A stretch of DNA of 64,000 bases from Bifidobacteriaceae bacterium (GTDB lineage Bacteria; Actinomycetota; Actinomycetes; Actinomycetales; WQXJ01), in assembly GCA_031268215.1 (NCBI GenBank), contig JAIRXP010000030.1, positions 44,463 through 108,462 on the forward strand, given 5' to 3'. Every line of letters begins with the position of its first letter. Within the stretch, counting starts at the first letter, position 1. Both the position numbers and the translations under genes were made by a program. Positions 18,496 to 26,780 of the stretch are shown one piece after another. The notes beneath the pieces were generated by a model. It was not told the DNA's origin. It saw only the letters and a list, made by a program, of their open reading frames with translations, and did no database searches.

Positions 18496-20058
18496 TCAGT
18501 AGCGGTAATAGCCGGGCTTATAGGGCCCGTCGACAGGCAAACCCAGGTAGGCGGCCTGGGCCGGCGTCAAGACCGTCAAGTCCACGCCAAGGGCGGCAAG
18601 ATGCAGGCGGGCGACTTTCTCATCCAGGTTCTTAGGCAGACGGTAAACGCCGGGAGGGTACTGGCCGGGCGCCGCCCCCCACAGTTCAATCTGGGCCAGT
18701 ACTTGATTAGTGAACGAGCAAGACATCACGAAACTGGGATGGCCGGTAGCGTTGCCCAGGTTTAGCAGCCGACCCTCGGACAGCACCAGAACGGAATGGC
18801 CGTCAGCGAAGACCCACTCATCAACCTGGTCCTTAACCCGGCGGCGGGTCACACCTGGATGGGCGGCCAGACCCGCCATCCCAATCTCATTGTCGAAGTG
18901 GCCAATGTTCCCAACCACGGCCTTGTCCTTCATGGCGGCCATATGGTCCGCGGTGATGACATCGCGGTTGCCGGTCGCGGTGATGAAGAAGTCACCCAGC
19001 GGAGCGACCGCCTCCATCCGGGCCACCTGGAATCCATCCATGGCCGCCTGCAAAGCACAAATCGGGTCGATTTCGGTCACAATGACACGGGCCCCCTGAC
19101 CGCGCAGGGCCTGTGCGGCGCCCTTGCCGACATCTCCATAACCGGCCACTACCGCGACTTTCCCGCCAATCAGGATGTCCGTGGCGCGGTCCAGTCCGTC
19201 CGGCAAGGAATGGCGGATCCCATAGATATTGTCGAACTTGGACTTGGTAACCGAATCGTTGACATCTATAACCGCGAAACCCAGGCGGCCAGAATCAGAC
19301 AACGCGGTCAGCCGGTGTACTCCGGTAGTGGTCTCCTCGCTGACACCCTTCAGTCCGCCCGCCAGGCGTGTCCACAGCCCCGGTGCGCTGGCCGCTATCC
19401 GGGCCAGCAGTGACTGAACAACCTGGCCTTCGGCGCTGTCAGCCAAGGCCTGATAGGAGGGAGAGTCCTGACCCAAGACGTCGAATTCCGATCCGGCGGA
19501 CAAGAGCGTAGAGGCGTCAGCGCCATCGTCCACTATCAAGTCCGGGCCACCGGGCGAGCCGTCAAAGCCCCGCCAGTCCAGCGCCTGCCAGGTACACCAC
19601 CAGTAGGCGTCCAGCGACTCGCCCTTCCAAGCGAACACGGGCGTCCCTTGGAGGTCATCCGGCCGGCCGTTTGGGCCCACCACTACCGCCGCCGCCGCCT
19701 CGTCCTGAGTGGAGAAGATGTTGCAAGAAGCCCAACGGACCTGGGCTCCAAGAGCCCTGAGGGTCTCAATCAGAACCGCCGTTTGAACGGTCATATGGAG
19801 CGAACCGGTGATCTTGGCCCCAGCCAAGACCTGCCCAGGGCCAAACTCTTCGCGCAGGGCCATCAAGCCGGGCATCTGCTGTTCCGCCAGACGGATTTGG
19901 CAGCGGCCAGATTCGGCCAGGGCCAGGTCACGCACCGCGTACCGTCCAGGCTGGTAGTCGATTTGCGGGGGCACCGGCGGCGCGGGGGGTCCGGAAGGCA
20001 CCGCGCCTGACGCCGACGGCTCGGCGCCTGACGCCGCTCCACCTAGCCCAGAACTCAT
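18496..20058 (-). CDS. ahcY: Adenosylhomocysteinase
   Basis: 520 aa. NAD-binding [15 protein letters not shown]. Typical SAHH blocks ([34 protein letters not shown]-terminus). N-terminal Ala/Pro-rich extension. Confidence 0.95.
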   Translation of the reverse strand: MSSGLGGAASGAEPSASGAVPSGPPAPPVPPQIDYQPGRYAVRDLALAESGRCQIRLAEQQMPGLMALREEFGPGQVLAGAKITGSLHMTVQTAVLIETLRALGAQVRWASCNIFSTQDEAAAAVVVGPNGRPDDLQGTPVFAWKGESLDAYWWCTWQALDWRGFDGSPGGPDLIVDDGADASTLLSAGSEFDVLGQDSPSYQALADSAEGQVVQSLLARIAASAPGLWTRLAGGLKGVSEETTTGVHRLTALSDSGRLGFAVIDVNDSVTKSKFDNIYGIRHSLPDGLDRATDILIGGKVAVVAGYGDVGKGAAQALRGQGARVIVTEIDPICALQAAMDGFQVARMEAVAPLGDFFITATGNRDVITADHMAAMKDKAVVGNIGHFDNEIGMAGLAAHPGVTRRRVKDQVDEWVFADGHSVLVLSEGRLLNLGNATGHPSFVMSCSFTNQVLAQIELWGAAPGQYPPGVYRLPKNLDEKVARLHLAALGVDLTVLTPAQAAYLGLPVDGPYKPGYYRY

Positions 20059-20222
20059 GACAACTCCTCCAAGCTAACCGCCCGGTCCGCCAGCATCACC
20101 GGAACCGAATCGCGGACCGGATAGGCCAGCCGGCAAGCCCGGCACACCAGATAGCCCGGATGATCGAACAGTTTGCCCTTGCACGTGGGACAACGCAGGG
20201 CTTGACGCACCCACTCTTGCAT
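20055..20222 (-). CDS. Trm112-family small zinc-ribbon-like protein (55 aa)
   Basis: Own translation (below the track's size cut-off): [55 protein letters not shown]. CPxC...CxxC and the PVxDGIPVML-like motif typical of Trm112/DUF343. Its TGA overlaps the ahcY ATG (20055-20058). Confidence 0.6.
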   Translation of the reverse strand: MQEWVRQALRCPTCKGKLFDHPGYLVCRACRLAYPVRDSVPVMLADRAVSLEELS

Positions 20223-20225
20223 TAG

Positions 20226-21644
20226 CTATGCCTCCTCAATCAAGCCGGCGATCCCATCGCGGACCTTCTCCATGACATCGCGGTCTTCCGCCTCGACGTT
20301 TAACCGCAGCAGCGCCTCGGTGTTGGATGAACGGACATTAGCCCACCAGCGGGGCGGCCCGTCCCAGTGATTGACAGTGAGCCCATCCAGCCAATCGAGC
20401 GTGACCGTGCCGCGGGCGGCGTCTTCGGCGTAGGCGGCCTGCACCTTTTGGATGGCGTATGCCGGATCCGCCACCCGGAAGTTGATCTCCCCGGACGCCG
20501 CGTACGGGGTATAGACAGTAGCCAGGAGGCTCAGCGGCAGATCCTGTGAGCCAAGTGCGGCCAGAACATGCATGGCGGACAAGATGCCCGAATCGGCATA
20601 GAAAAAGTCGCGGAAGTAGAAGTGGCCTGAATGCTCAGCACCAAAAACAGCATCCCGCGCCGCCATGGCAGGCTTGATGACGGCGTGGCCCACCGGAGTC
20701 CGGACCGGTTCGGCGCCGGCCGCCCGAACCAGTCGCGGCAACACCTGTGACGTTATGGCGTTGTGGATAACCACCGCCGGGCGGCCGGCCAGGTCCTCGC
20801 GCGCGACTTCCCGCAAAGCGATCATCACACCGATCACCGACGGGCTGACAATCTGGCCCGCCTCATCCACCACGAAGCAGCGGTCCGCGTCGCCGTCGAA
20901 GGCTAGGCCCAGGTCAGCGCCCACGTCCAGGACCGTCCGTTGGAGATCGGCCAGGGTGGAGGTGTCCAAAGGGTTGGCCAAGTGGTTGGGGAAAGTGCCG
21001 TCCGGTTCGAAGAACAGCGGCACCAGCTCGATTGGGAGCCGCAGCGGACCGCTCGCCGGACCCAATACCGCCTCCGTCACCACTCCACCCATGCCATTGC
21101 CTGCGTCAACCACCACCTTCAGCGGCCTGATTTGTGTCAGATCCACGGCCTGGCGCAAGAAGCGAGCGAAGTCTTCCAGCACGGCGGTTCGCGTGACGGT
21201 CCCAGCCTGAGCAGCGCGAGGCGGGTCAGGGTTGGCCTCCGCCCAAGCCACAATCTCTTTGAGGCCAGTTTCCAGCCCGACCGGTTTGGCGCCGGGACGC
21301 ATCAATTTGAGCCCGTTCTCCCCGGACGGATTGTGCGATGCCGTCAGCATGGCTCCCGGAAGCGCCTTCGCCCCAGAGGCGTAATACATGGTGTCAGTTG
21401 AGACTTGCCCGATGCCGACCACATCCAGTCCGCCACGAACGGCGCCTTCCGTCAACGCGGCCGCCATATCCGGCCCGCTGGTCCTCATGTCGTAACCCAC
21501 CAGCAGGGCCGGCGCCTCGCTAAGAGCGTGGGCTATGGCTGCGCCGATGGCCCGGGCTTCCTCCGGCCCCCATTGGTCTGGCACCGCGCCGCGCAGGTCG
21601 TTGGTCTTGAGTATGGCACTGAGGGATCGCATCCCGTCAAGCAT
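20226..21644 (-). CDS. manB: Phosphomannomutase/phosphoglucomutase (alpha-D-phosphohexomutase family)
   Basis: 472 aa. Active-site loop TASHNPSGENG, metal-binding loop FDGDADRC, sugar-binding GAEHSGH. Confidence 0.9.
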   Translation of the reverse strand: MLDGMRSLSAILKTNDLRGAVPDQWGPEEARAIGAAIAHALSEAPALLVGYDMRTSGPDMAAALTEGAVRGGLDVVGIGQVSTDTMYYASGAKALPGAMLTASHNPSGENGLKLMRPGAKPVGLETGLKEIVAWAEANPDPPRAAQAGTVTRTAVLEDFARFLRQAVDLTQIRPLKVVVDAGNGMGGVVTEAVLGPASGPLRLPIELVPLFFEPDGTFPNHLANPLDTSTLADLQRTVLDVGADLGLAFDGDADRCFVVDEAGQIVSPSVIGVMIALREVAREDLAGRPAVVIHNAITSQVLPRLVRAAGAEPVRTPVGHAVIKPAMAARDAVFGAEHSGHFYFRDFFYADSGILSAMHVLAALGSQDLPLSLLATVYTPYAASGEINFRVADPAYAIQKVQAAYAEDAARGTVTLDWLDGLTVNHWDGPPRWWANVRSSNTEALLRLNVEAEDRDVMEKVRDGIAGLIEEA

Positions 21645-21666
21645 ATGTCTTCACTGGCACCGCCCC

Positions 21667-21693
21667 GGACCGCCGCGGACCGCTCTGGACCGC
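21667..21693. repeat. Three GGACCGC heptamers at exact 10-bp phasing upstream of manB
   Basis: GGACCGC at 21667, 21677 and 21687, read directly; lies 23-50 nt upstream of the manB ATG (21644). Confidence 0.6.
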
Positions 21694-21700
21694 GGCCGTC

Positions 21701-21747
21701 ATTGGGGCGCGAGTGCCCTGTGTGCATTAGGGCGCGAGTGCCCTGTG
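21701..21747. repeat. Tandem 25-bp duplication (22-nt copies, 1 mismatch) just after the ogt stop
   Basis: attggggcgcgagtgccctgtg (21701-21722) and attagggcgcgagtgccctgtg (21726-21747). Each copy contains a short GGGC/GCCC hairpin. Confidence 0.7.
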
Positions 21748-21749
21748 GG

Positions 21750-22349
21750 CTAGGCGTGGGCCCGCTCCAGGTCCAGCAAATACTGTTTAGTTTCCAGGCC
21801 GCCGCCGTAACCGACCAGCGCTCCTCCACTGCCAATCACGCGATGGCACGGGACGATCACGGCGATTGGGTTCCGGTTATTAGCCCCGCCAACCGCCCGA
21901 GACGCCTTTGGGTTGCCGACTCGTTTGGCGATCTCTCCGTAGGTCACTGTCCGAGCGTAAGGAATCTGCCGCAGTACTTCCCACACCGCTAGCTGGAAGG
22001 CGGTCCCACGGGGTGCCAGCGGCAGACTGAACTGTCGCAGCCGCCCCGCGAAATAGTCATCCAGTTGGCGGGCCGTCTGGTCCAAGATCTGGCATTGGCC
22101 CGCCGGCCCAGCTCCACGCCTGATGGCCGGCCCGGCGGCCCGTTCCTGGGCCGCCCGATCCGCCTGCAATAGCAACTCAACAATCTTCCCGCCGGCGGCG
22201 GAAACGGTCAGTTCGCCAATCGGCGACCTGATCACACGCGTTGACCAATCGTCCCCGACTGGACCCTTACGGTGCCGGCCAGCGGTGGCGCGACCGGGGA
22301 CAACGGCATCGGCCAAAATCTGGGGCTTAGTGGAAGCGGTGTTCCGCAT
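21750..22349 (-). CDS. ogt: Methylated-DNA--protein-cysteine methyltransferase (Ogt/MGMT)
   Basis: ORF 21750..22445, start probably MRNTAST (ATG 22349). Active site IVPCHRVIGSGGALVGYGGG. DNA-binding region TYGEIAKRVGNPKASRAVGGANNRNP. Confidence 0.85.
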   Translation of the reverse strand: MRNTASTKPQILADAVVPGRATAGRHRKGPVGDDWSTRVIRSPIGELTVSAAGGKIVELLLQADRAAQERAAGPAIRRGAGPAGQCQILDQTARQLDDYFAGRLRQFSLPLAPRGTAFQLAVWEVLRQIPYARTVTYGEIAKRVGNPKASRAVGGANNRNPIAVIVPCHRVIGSGGALVGYGGGLETKQYLLDLERAHA

Positions 22350-22512
22350 GTCTGGGCCACCTTTCGGAATCCCGGGCAATGTTACTCCGAGGCGGGTGCT
22401 GTAATCACTCTGCTCCCCGTGCAGAATCAATCCCGCCCGGCGCACATCGCGGAAACAGGACCGGCGCTAGACTAGGCTGAACAACAGTTCCCACACAGAT
22501 ACGGACCCCGGT

Positions 22513-22890
22513 ATGACCCAGTTGCCACCAGCCCAAAACCGCCCCTATGCCCAACCGAGGGCTCCGTTCCCACTTCAGTTCGGGTTCGACGGCGGCGCCG
22601 CCACTTGGATCGGCGTCCAGATTCTTGGCGTCGTGGTCACCGTCGTGACCCTCGGATTGGGGTTCCCGTGGGCCGTCGTCATGGTCTATCGCTGGAAAGC
22701 GAAGCACACCATAGTGAACGGGTACAGGCTCCGGTTCACCGGAACCGCTATGGGGCTGTTTGGGAAGTGGATCCTTTGGCTGGTCCTACTGATTATCACG
22801 TGCGGCATATACATTCTGTGGCTCTACCCCCACCTAACTAAGTGGATCGTTGAGCACCAAGAACTGGATCCAACCTGGCCTGGTTGGTGA
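22513..22890 (+). CDS. Small two-TM membrane protein, DUF898/YjgN-like
   Basis: 125 aa. FPLQFGFDGGAATWIGVQILGVVVTVVTLGLGFPWA then YRLRFTGTAMGLFGKWILWLVLLIITCGIY resembles the YjgN repeat unit. The only + strand gene in the first 53 kb. Confidence 0.5.
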   Translation: MTQLPPAQNRPYAQPRAPFPLQFGFDGGAATWIGVQILGVVVTVVTLGLGFPWAVVMVYRWKAKHTIVNGYRLRFTGTAMGLFGKWILWLVLLIITCGIYILWLYPHLTKWIVEHQELDPTWPGW

Positions 22891-23009
22891 TTCCGCGGAC
22901 TAACTGGCGCACCGCGCCGCCGCCGGGCCTTCGGTTCTCTCCGACGCCCCGCGGCAGGGGCTTCGCGAGTCCGCGCCGGCGGTGCTCCGGGATACGCGCT
23001 GTGAGTGGG

Positions 23010-23912
23010 CTACGCCCGGGGCTTGCGGCCCCAACGGCGCGGCTTTGACTTCGAGGCTGGCCCGGGTCCATCCGAGGAACGCGGCTTGGAGTAGTCGTGA
23101 GGACCTTGACCGAACCGGGCCGTCAATTCATCGACAGCGGCGGTAAGCCTCGCGGCCTCGTCGCTCAGCGCCGCGGCGCGCTCCTCATGAGCCTTCGCCA
23201 TTTCAGAAATCGTAGCGGCCAGCGATTCTAAGGCGGCGTCCCTTTCCGCTAGCTGGCGGCGCAGCCCGGCAGCTGGCGTTTCCGTGGTTCGGCCTTTTCC
23301 CGATGCCGCCCCACCGGCCGCGGTTCTATCCCCAGGACGTGTGTTCCGCTTTTCGTGCAGTTGCCTCAGGCGCCTTCTGAGGTCGTCCAAGTCAAGTCCA
23401 TCCACAGTATATTCCGAAGCCATTGATGAATGAAGCGCATCCTCCAATAGTTCCGAAAGCCTCAAAATTTCCTCATCACTGAGACCTTCCCAGGGACATC
23501 CCTCGCCGAGGAACAGGTAAGAATCCGGCCAACCATCATAATGATTGCTGTCAAAGTCTGAACGACTTCTTATATACGAATTCACCTCGGTGGCAGTCGT
23601 TAGACGCGCGGCTCTGTCCTCGACAGAACGCAATGCGAGCCCGCTGTACTCCAGTCGCTCAAGAATGGCTTCGCCTCGTTCGTCCCCATACCTAACAAGC
23701 ACCAGTTCAACAAGGATCGCCTTTTCTTCCTCAGACAGCGCCGCGTAAGGCTTGGCAACGAATCCGTCATTCAAAGCGGAATACTGAGTCTCAGCATCAT
23801 CCGTATCGTACGCGACCGCGTCAGGATATGTTCTTCGACACGTGGCGAACACGAAGTCCCCTATATATTCAAGAACACCCCGCGCCGTTTTCATATCGTA
23901 ATGCATTGCCAT
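23010..23912 (-). CDS. Hypothetical acidic protein with coiled-coil and basic C-terminal tail
   Basis: 300 aa with no motif I recognise. Its 5' half lies in visibly AT-richer DNA (about 23.4-23.9 kb). C-terminus is an Ala/Glu/Arg heptad-like helix and ends in KSKPRRWGRKPRA. Confidence 0.5.
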   Translation of the reverse strand: MAMHYDMKTARGVLEYIGDFVFATCRRTYPDAVAYDTDDAETQYSALNDGFVAKPYAALSEEEKAILVELVLVRYGDERGEAILERLEYSGLALRSVEDRAARLTTATEVNSYIRSRSDFDSNHYDGWPDSYLFLGEGCPWEGLSDEEILRLSELLEDALHSSMASEYTVDGLDLDDLRRRLRQLHEKRNTRPGDRTAAGGAASGKGRTTETPAAGLRRQLAERDAALESLAATISEMAKAHEERAAALSDEAARLTAAVDELTARFGQGPHDYSKPRSSDGPGPASKSKPRRWGRKPRA

Positions 23913-23997
23913 AAGTACCCCCTTGTCTTCAGTGCCATTCTAGCCCCACCAGGTGCATCGGCACGACGTGTGGCAGCGCCCACCGTTGCACGGTGTC

Positions 23998-24891
23998 TCA
24001 CCCAAGCCTGACCGGTAGGGTCTTAGGAGAGCCAAAGCTGAAATGATCCCAAAGTCGGTCGAGTGTCAGCATGGTCGGAGTCTGGGAAAGAGCCTCGTCG
24101 CTGAATCCAGCGGAGTCGGCGCGTGTTTCGGCGTGACGGTGTGACACATCCAGCAGGCCGGGCAGCCACTCGCTGACGGAACCTGAGTCCCTCCGAATAA
24201 GAGCCGCTTTCGCGCCGCCCTGGACGGCTGGCGCGATATCGGAAGCGATACTGTCGCCGACGAAGAGCGTCGACTCCGGCGCCACACCCATGTCAGCGGT
24301 GATACGGGCCACGGCGTGGGGGTCAGGTTTGGATCTCGCGAGTTCGATGATCGCTGGATCGTCCGCGGTTCTGCTGCCGTGTCCGGGGTAGGGCATGCCC
24401 GCGTAGGGCGCTGCGTAAATCCTGTCGAAGCTTCCACCAAGGCCGAGCATCTTCACGCGTTTGGCGATGTTGACGGAGGTGGCCGCGGAGTAACCGACGA
24501 TTGCGACACCGTCGCTTCGCAGCCGAGCAAGGGCGGGGTCGACATCATCATAGAGTTTGAGTTTCTCTGCCCGCACGCGGTCGAAGGCCGCAAAAGCCGA
24601 GGCGAGGGCTTCCTTCTGCTCTGCCCTGGGCAGGTGACCAAACCTGGCCTGGGCGGAGGCGGTCTCGAGCAGCGCGAAGGGGTGTTCGGTGTTGCCACGG
24701 CGCTCATGGACGGCTTTAAGCTGATCTCGGAGATCGGCGGTAGCAGCACCGAGCAGGGGGGCAGCGGCCTCAATCATCGCGTCAAGAGCCGGCATGAAGT
24801 GGCCGATCCAGTCGTAGAGGGTGTCGTCAAAGTCCAGCACGACCAGACTGATCACCGGCCGGTCCGCGTGTTGGAAGTCGTCCCGAGTCAT
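23998..24891 (-). CDS. HAD-superfamily hydrolase
   Basis: 297 aa. Motif I VLDFDDTLYDW, motif II VGYSAATS, motif III/IV K...LFVGDSIASDI. Its ATG forms an ATGA overlap with the stop of small ORF 24888..25040. Confidence 0.75.
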   Translation of the reverse strand: MTRDDFQHADRPVISLVVLDFDDTLYDWIGHFMPALDAMIEAAAPLLGAATADLRDQLKAVHERRGNTEHPFALLETASAQARFGHLPRAEQKEALASAFAAFDRVRAEKLKLYDDVDPALARLRSDGVAIVGYSAATSVNIAKRVKMLGLGGSFDRIYAAPYAGMPYPGHGSRTADDPAIIELARSKPDPHAVARITADMGVAPESTLFVGDSIASDIAPAVQGGAKAALIRRDSGSVSEWLPGLLDVSHRHAETRADSAGFSDEALSQTPTMLTLDRLWDHFSFGSPKTLPVRLG

Positions 24892-25040
24892 GCGCCGGTC
24901 TTACGGAGGTGCCACAGGGACTGATCTTGGCTGGTGAGTTGTTCGAGGTCGCGGACAATGACTCCGTCGCGGGCGATGTCGTTAGACACGAACTCGTAGC
25001 GCCCAAAGAACCGGAACGGCCGAGGTTCAATTCTGGTCAT
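24888..25040 (-). CDS. Possible 50-aa ORF or out-of-frame remnant of the SEFIR-like gene's 3' end
   Basis: MTRIEPRPFRFFGRYEFVSNDIARDGVIVRDLEQLTSQDQSLWHLRKTGA. This frame is open further upstream (track ORF 24888..25142) and overlaps the last 67 nt of ORF 25076..25789. Stop is coupled (ATGA) to the HAD gene. Confidence 0.25.
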   Translation of the reverse strand: MTRIEPRPFRFFGRYEFVSNDIARDGVIVRDLEQLTSQDQSLWHLRKTGA

Positions 25041-25075
25041 ACACAACCAGGCGCACGAATGGGACCCTTCGCCCT

Positions 25076-25789
25076 TCACCGGCCCAGCGCCTCCCACAGC
25101 TCGACCTGCGCGTTCTCGTGGTACTTCTTCCACCAACCCCACCAGACATACCCAGCCGGGTTCTTCGCCAGCACTGCACGGTGGCTCTCAATTGTCGGGC
25201 GCGACAGGTCGCGAAAACGGAACAGCAGCAAGCTGGAATTGTCCAGCACCAGAGGCGCTGGCGCTGATGTGGCAGCGGGCTTCGCCGAGGCGTTGAGTTT
25301 ACGCGGGTGAGTTGGGGTACCGCGCAGGTCTGCTAAGAGCTTCGCCACGCCAGCGCTGGTGAGTTCGGTAACGGTGGCGCGTTTGAGGTCACAAAGGTCA
25401 TAAGGGATGTCTCGGTCTTGTGAACCGGGCAGCAATACGACTCGCAGTCGGCGCTGGAACTCGCTCTGATTCTTGTCGAAAAGCCCACGCAACGCATTCG
25501 CCTCGGCAACGGCCCCGCCACCGATGGTCGGGTCGTTGTCCCCGCGCCAACGCTGTGCCCAGGGCTCGTTCATTGCTATGAGGACGAAGTCGCTGGTCTC
25601 GATTTGGCGCAGTCCCCAGCGCCCCCAGCCCAGACCGGGGTCGTTCTCATACCACAGATCCAGCGTGACATCCACATCGGGGGCATCGTCAAGAAGACCA
25701 GCGAATCCCTCAACTGTCTTCCGCCATGCGCCAGTTTGCGTGTCGCTCCATCCCTCTCCGCGATGAGCCCAACTGACGAAAGCTTTCAT
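25076..25789 (-). CDS. SEFIR/TIR-like (STIR superfamily) domain protein, possibly C-terminally truncated
   Basis: 237 aa. N-terminus MKAFVSWAHRGEGW...WRKTVEGFAGLLDDAPDVDVTLDLWYE...WGRWGLRQIETSDFVLIAMNEPWAQRW...RLRVVLLPGSQDRDIPYDL follows the SEFIR pattern (FISYSH / W..V..la..L / dV.lD.W / ad.VlvvcS / kfipVll...iP..L). The C-terminal ~70 aa (GYVWWGWWKKYHENAQVELWEALGR) ends abruptly. Confidence 0.5.
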   Translation of the reverse strand: MKAFVSWAHRGEGWSDTQTGAWRKTVEGFAGLLDDAPDVDVTLDLWYENDPGLGWGRWGLRQIETSDFVLIAMNEPWAQRWRGDNDPTIGGGAVAEANALRGLFDKNQSEFQRRLRVVLLPGSQDRDIPYDLCDLKRATVTELTSAGVAKLLADLRGTPTHPRKLNASAKPAATSAPAPLVLDNSSLLLFRFRDLSRPTIESHRAVLAKNPAGYVWWGWWKKYHENAQVELWEALGR

Positions 25790-25912
25790 GCCCGCATTCT
25801 AGTTTCTCCTGACCCAGCCGCGTCTCGAGATGACGTTCGGCGACCCGAGCCGGCCCACGCCACGCCGGCGAGGGCATCCTTGCTTACGTTCGCGTCTGAG
25901 CATCGCGGCGGC

Positions 25913-26335
25913 TCAGACCGGCCGCTCCTCGACGGGCGCCATGCCCCAACTACCACCGTGCGCCAGGATCCAGCGGGTGGTTTCGGAAGGGTTGGTTGGC
26001 GCCGACAGCGGTTCGACTGAAACGACCAGCAGGACTTCGCCACGCGCCCGTGTCGCCGCGACCCATTCCGTGGCCTGGCCAAGTGGCCCCAGGTTAGTCA
26101 GCGGGACCGACCAGTACCCGACGGCCATCTCATCTGGGCTGAGCATGACCGGCTTGGCTTGAGGCGGATTCTGTCCGTTTGGTCCTGGTCCTAGCCCGAG
26201 CTCCACGGCCACCTCAGCCATTTTCCTACCCGTGTCAGCATCAAAATTGGTGGCCGGATAGACCATGAGCAGCGCCAAATCCCCGTCGGGGGAGCCCTCG
26301 CCTACCCAGCCGGTCGCGGCAACCAGATCACTCAC
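25913..26335 (-). CDS. Hypothetical protein (140 aa)
   Basis: ORF only, with no motif recognised. First gene next to the tRNA-Ala 3' end. Confidence 0.4.
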   Translation of the reverse strand: MSDLVAATGWVGEGSPDGDLALLMVYPATNFDADTGRKMAEVAVELGLGPGPNGQNPPQAKPVMLSPDEMAVGYWSVPLTNLGPLGQATEWVAATRARGEVLLVVSVEPLSAPTNPSETTRWILAHGGSWGMAPVEERPV

Positions 26336-26435
26336 GCTTCGCCTTCTCTCTCTTCGCCCGTGACGGCCCCTCGGAGGCTTGGGTCCGGCCGATTAGCGGC
26401 AGCCGCACAAGACCCCCTGACCAGGCAATAAAGAG

Positions 26436-26508
26436 TGGAGCATAGGGGATTCGAACCCCTGACCTCTTCCATGCCATGGAAGCGCGCTACCAACTGCGCC
26501 AATGCCCC
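26436..26508 (-). tRNA. tRNA-Ala (anticodon GGC)
   Basis: Minus strand: GGGGCATTGGCGCAGTTGGTAGCGCGCTTCCATGGCATGGAAGAGGTCAGGGGTTCGAATCCCCTATGCTCCA, 73 nt. It folds as a cloverleaf: acceptor GGGGCAT/ATGCTCC with the G3:U70 Ala identity pair, D stem GCGC/GCGC, anticodon stem CTTCC/GGAAG, loop AUGGCAU, T arm AGGGG-TTCGAAT-CCCCT. CCA is not encoded. Confidence 0.9.
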
Positions 26509-26780
26509 GCGAACCGCCAGTTTACCAAAATGATGCTTCAACGGCCCGACCCACTTTAGGGGCAAGCGCCTTGGACACCAAATCGCGACCTGCCCCAGAT
26601 TCCTCCGTCACCGCCACCCGCCACTGCCGAGCGAGCAGGAAAGGGGTACGGGGTGGTCCGGCGGCCAGCGCGAGCCATGATATCGCTCAGGCCGCCGGGC
26701 CCCGTGACGGCTTCGGCGGCCGCTCCCTTGGGGTTTCTGGAGCGCACCGCCGGAACCGTCGGGCGGGCTACTGAAGTGGC

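Noticed and set aside
20059-20225. SAH riboswitch or leader upstream of ahcY
   Set aside because: There is no leader: the interval is filled by the Trm112-like ORF, whose stop overlaps the ahcY start codon.
24909-25310. 133-aa + strand ORF spanning the SEFIR-like / small-ORF junction
   Set aside because: It is antisense to both minus-strand frames, has no motif, and has no plausible ribosome-binding context. The minus-strand frames have coupling signals.
22891-26435. Integrated mobile element (integrase, att direct repeat of the tRNA-Ala 3' end)
   Set aside because: No integrase/recombinase-like ORF was found. By eye I found no copy of the tRNA 3' segment (…GGGGATTCGAACCCC…) at the distal boundary. 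It is called only a variable islet, not a mobile element.
26332-26565. 77-aa minus-strand ORF
   Set aside because: It reads straight through the tRNA-Ala gene (26436..26508), so it is spurious.
26509-26780. Small ORFs (63-90 aa, both strands) and a tRNA promoter in the tRNA-adhesin spacer
   Set aside because: The ORF products are Gly/Arg/Pro-rich and mutually overlapping. A TAAACT -10-like hexamer sits ~8 nt upstream of the tRNA, but I could not pair it with a properly spaced -35, so no promoter is called.
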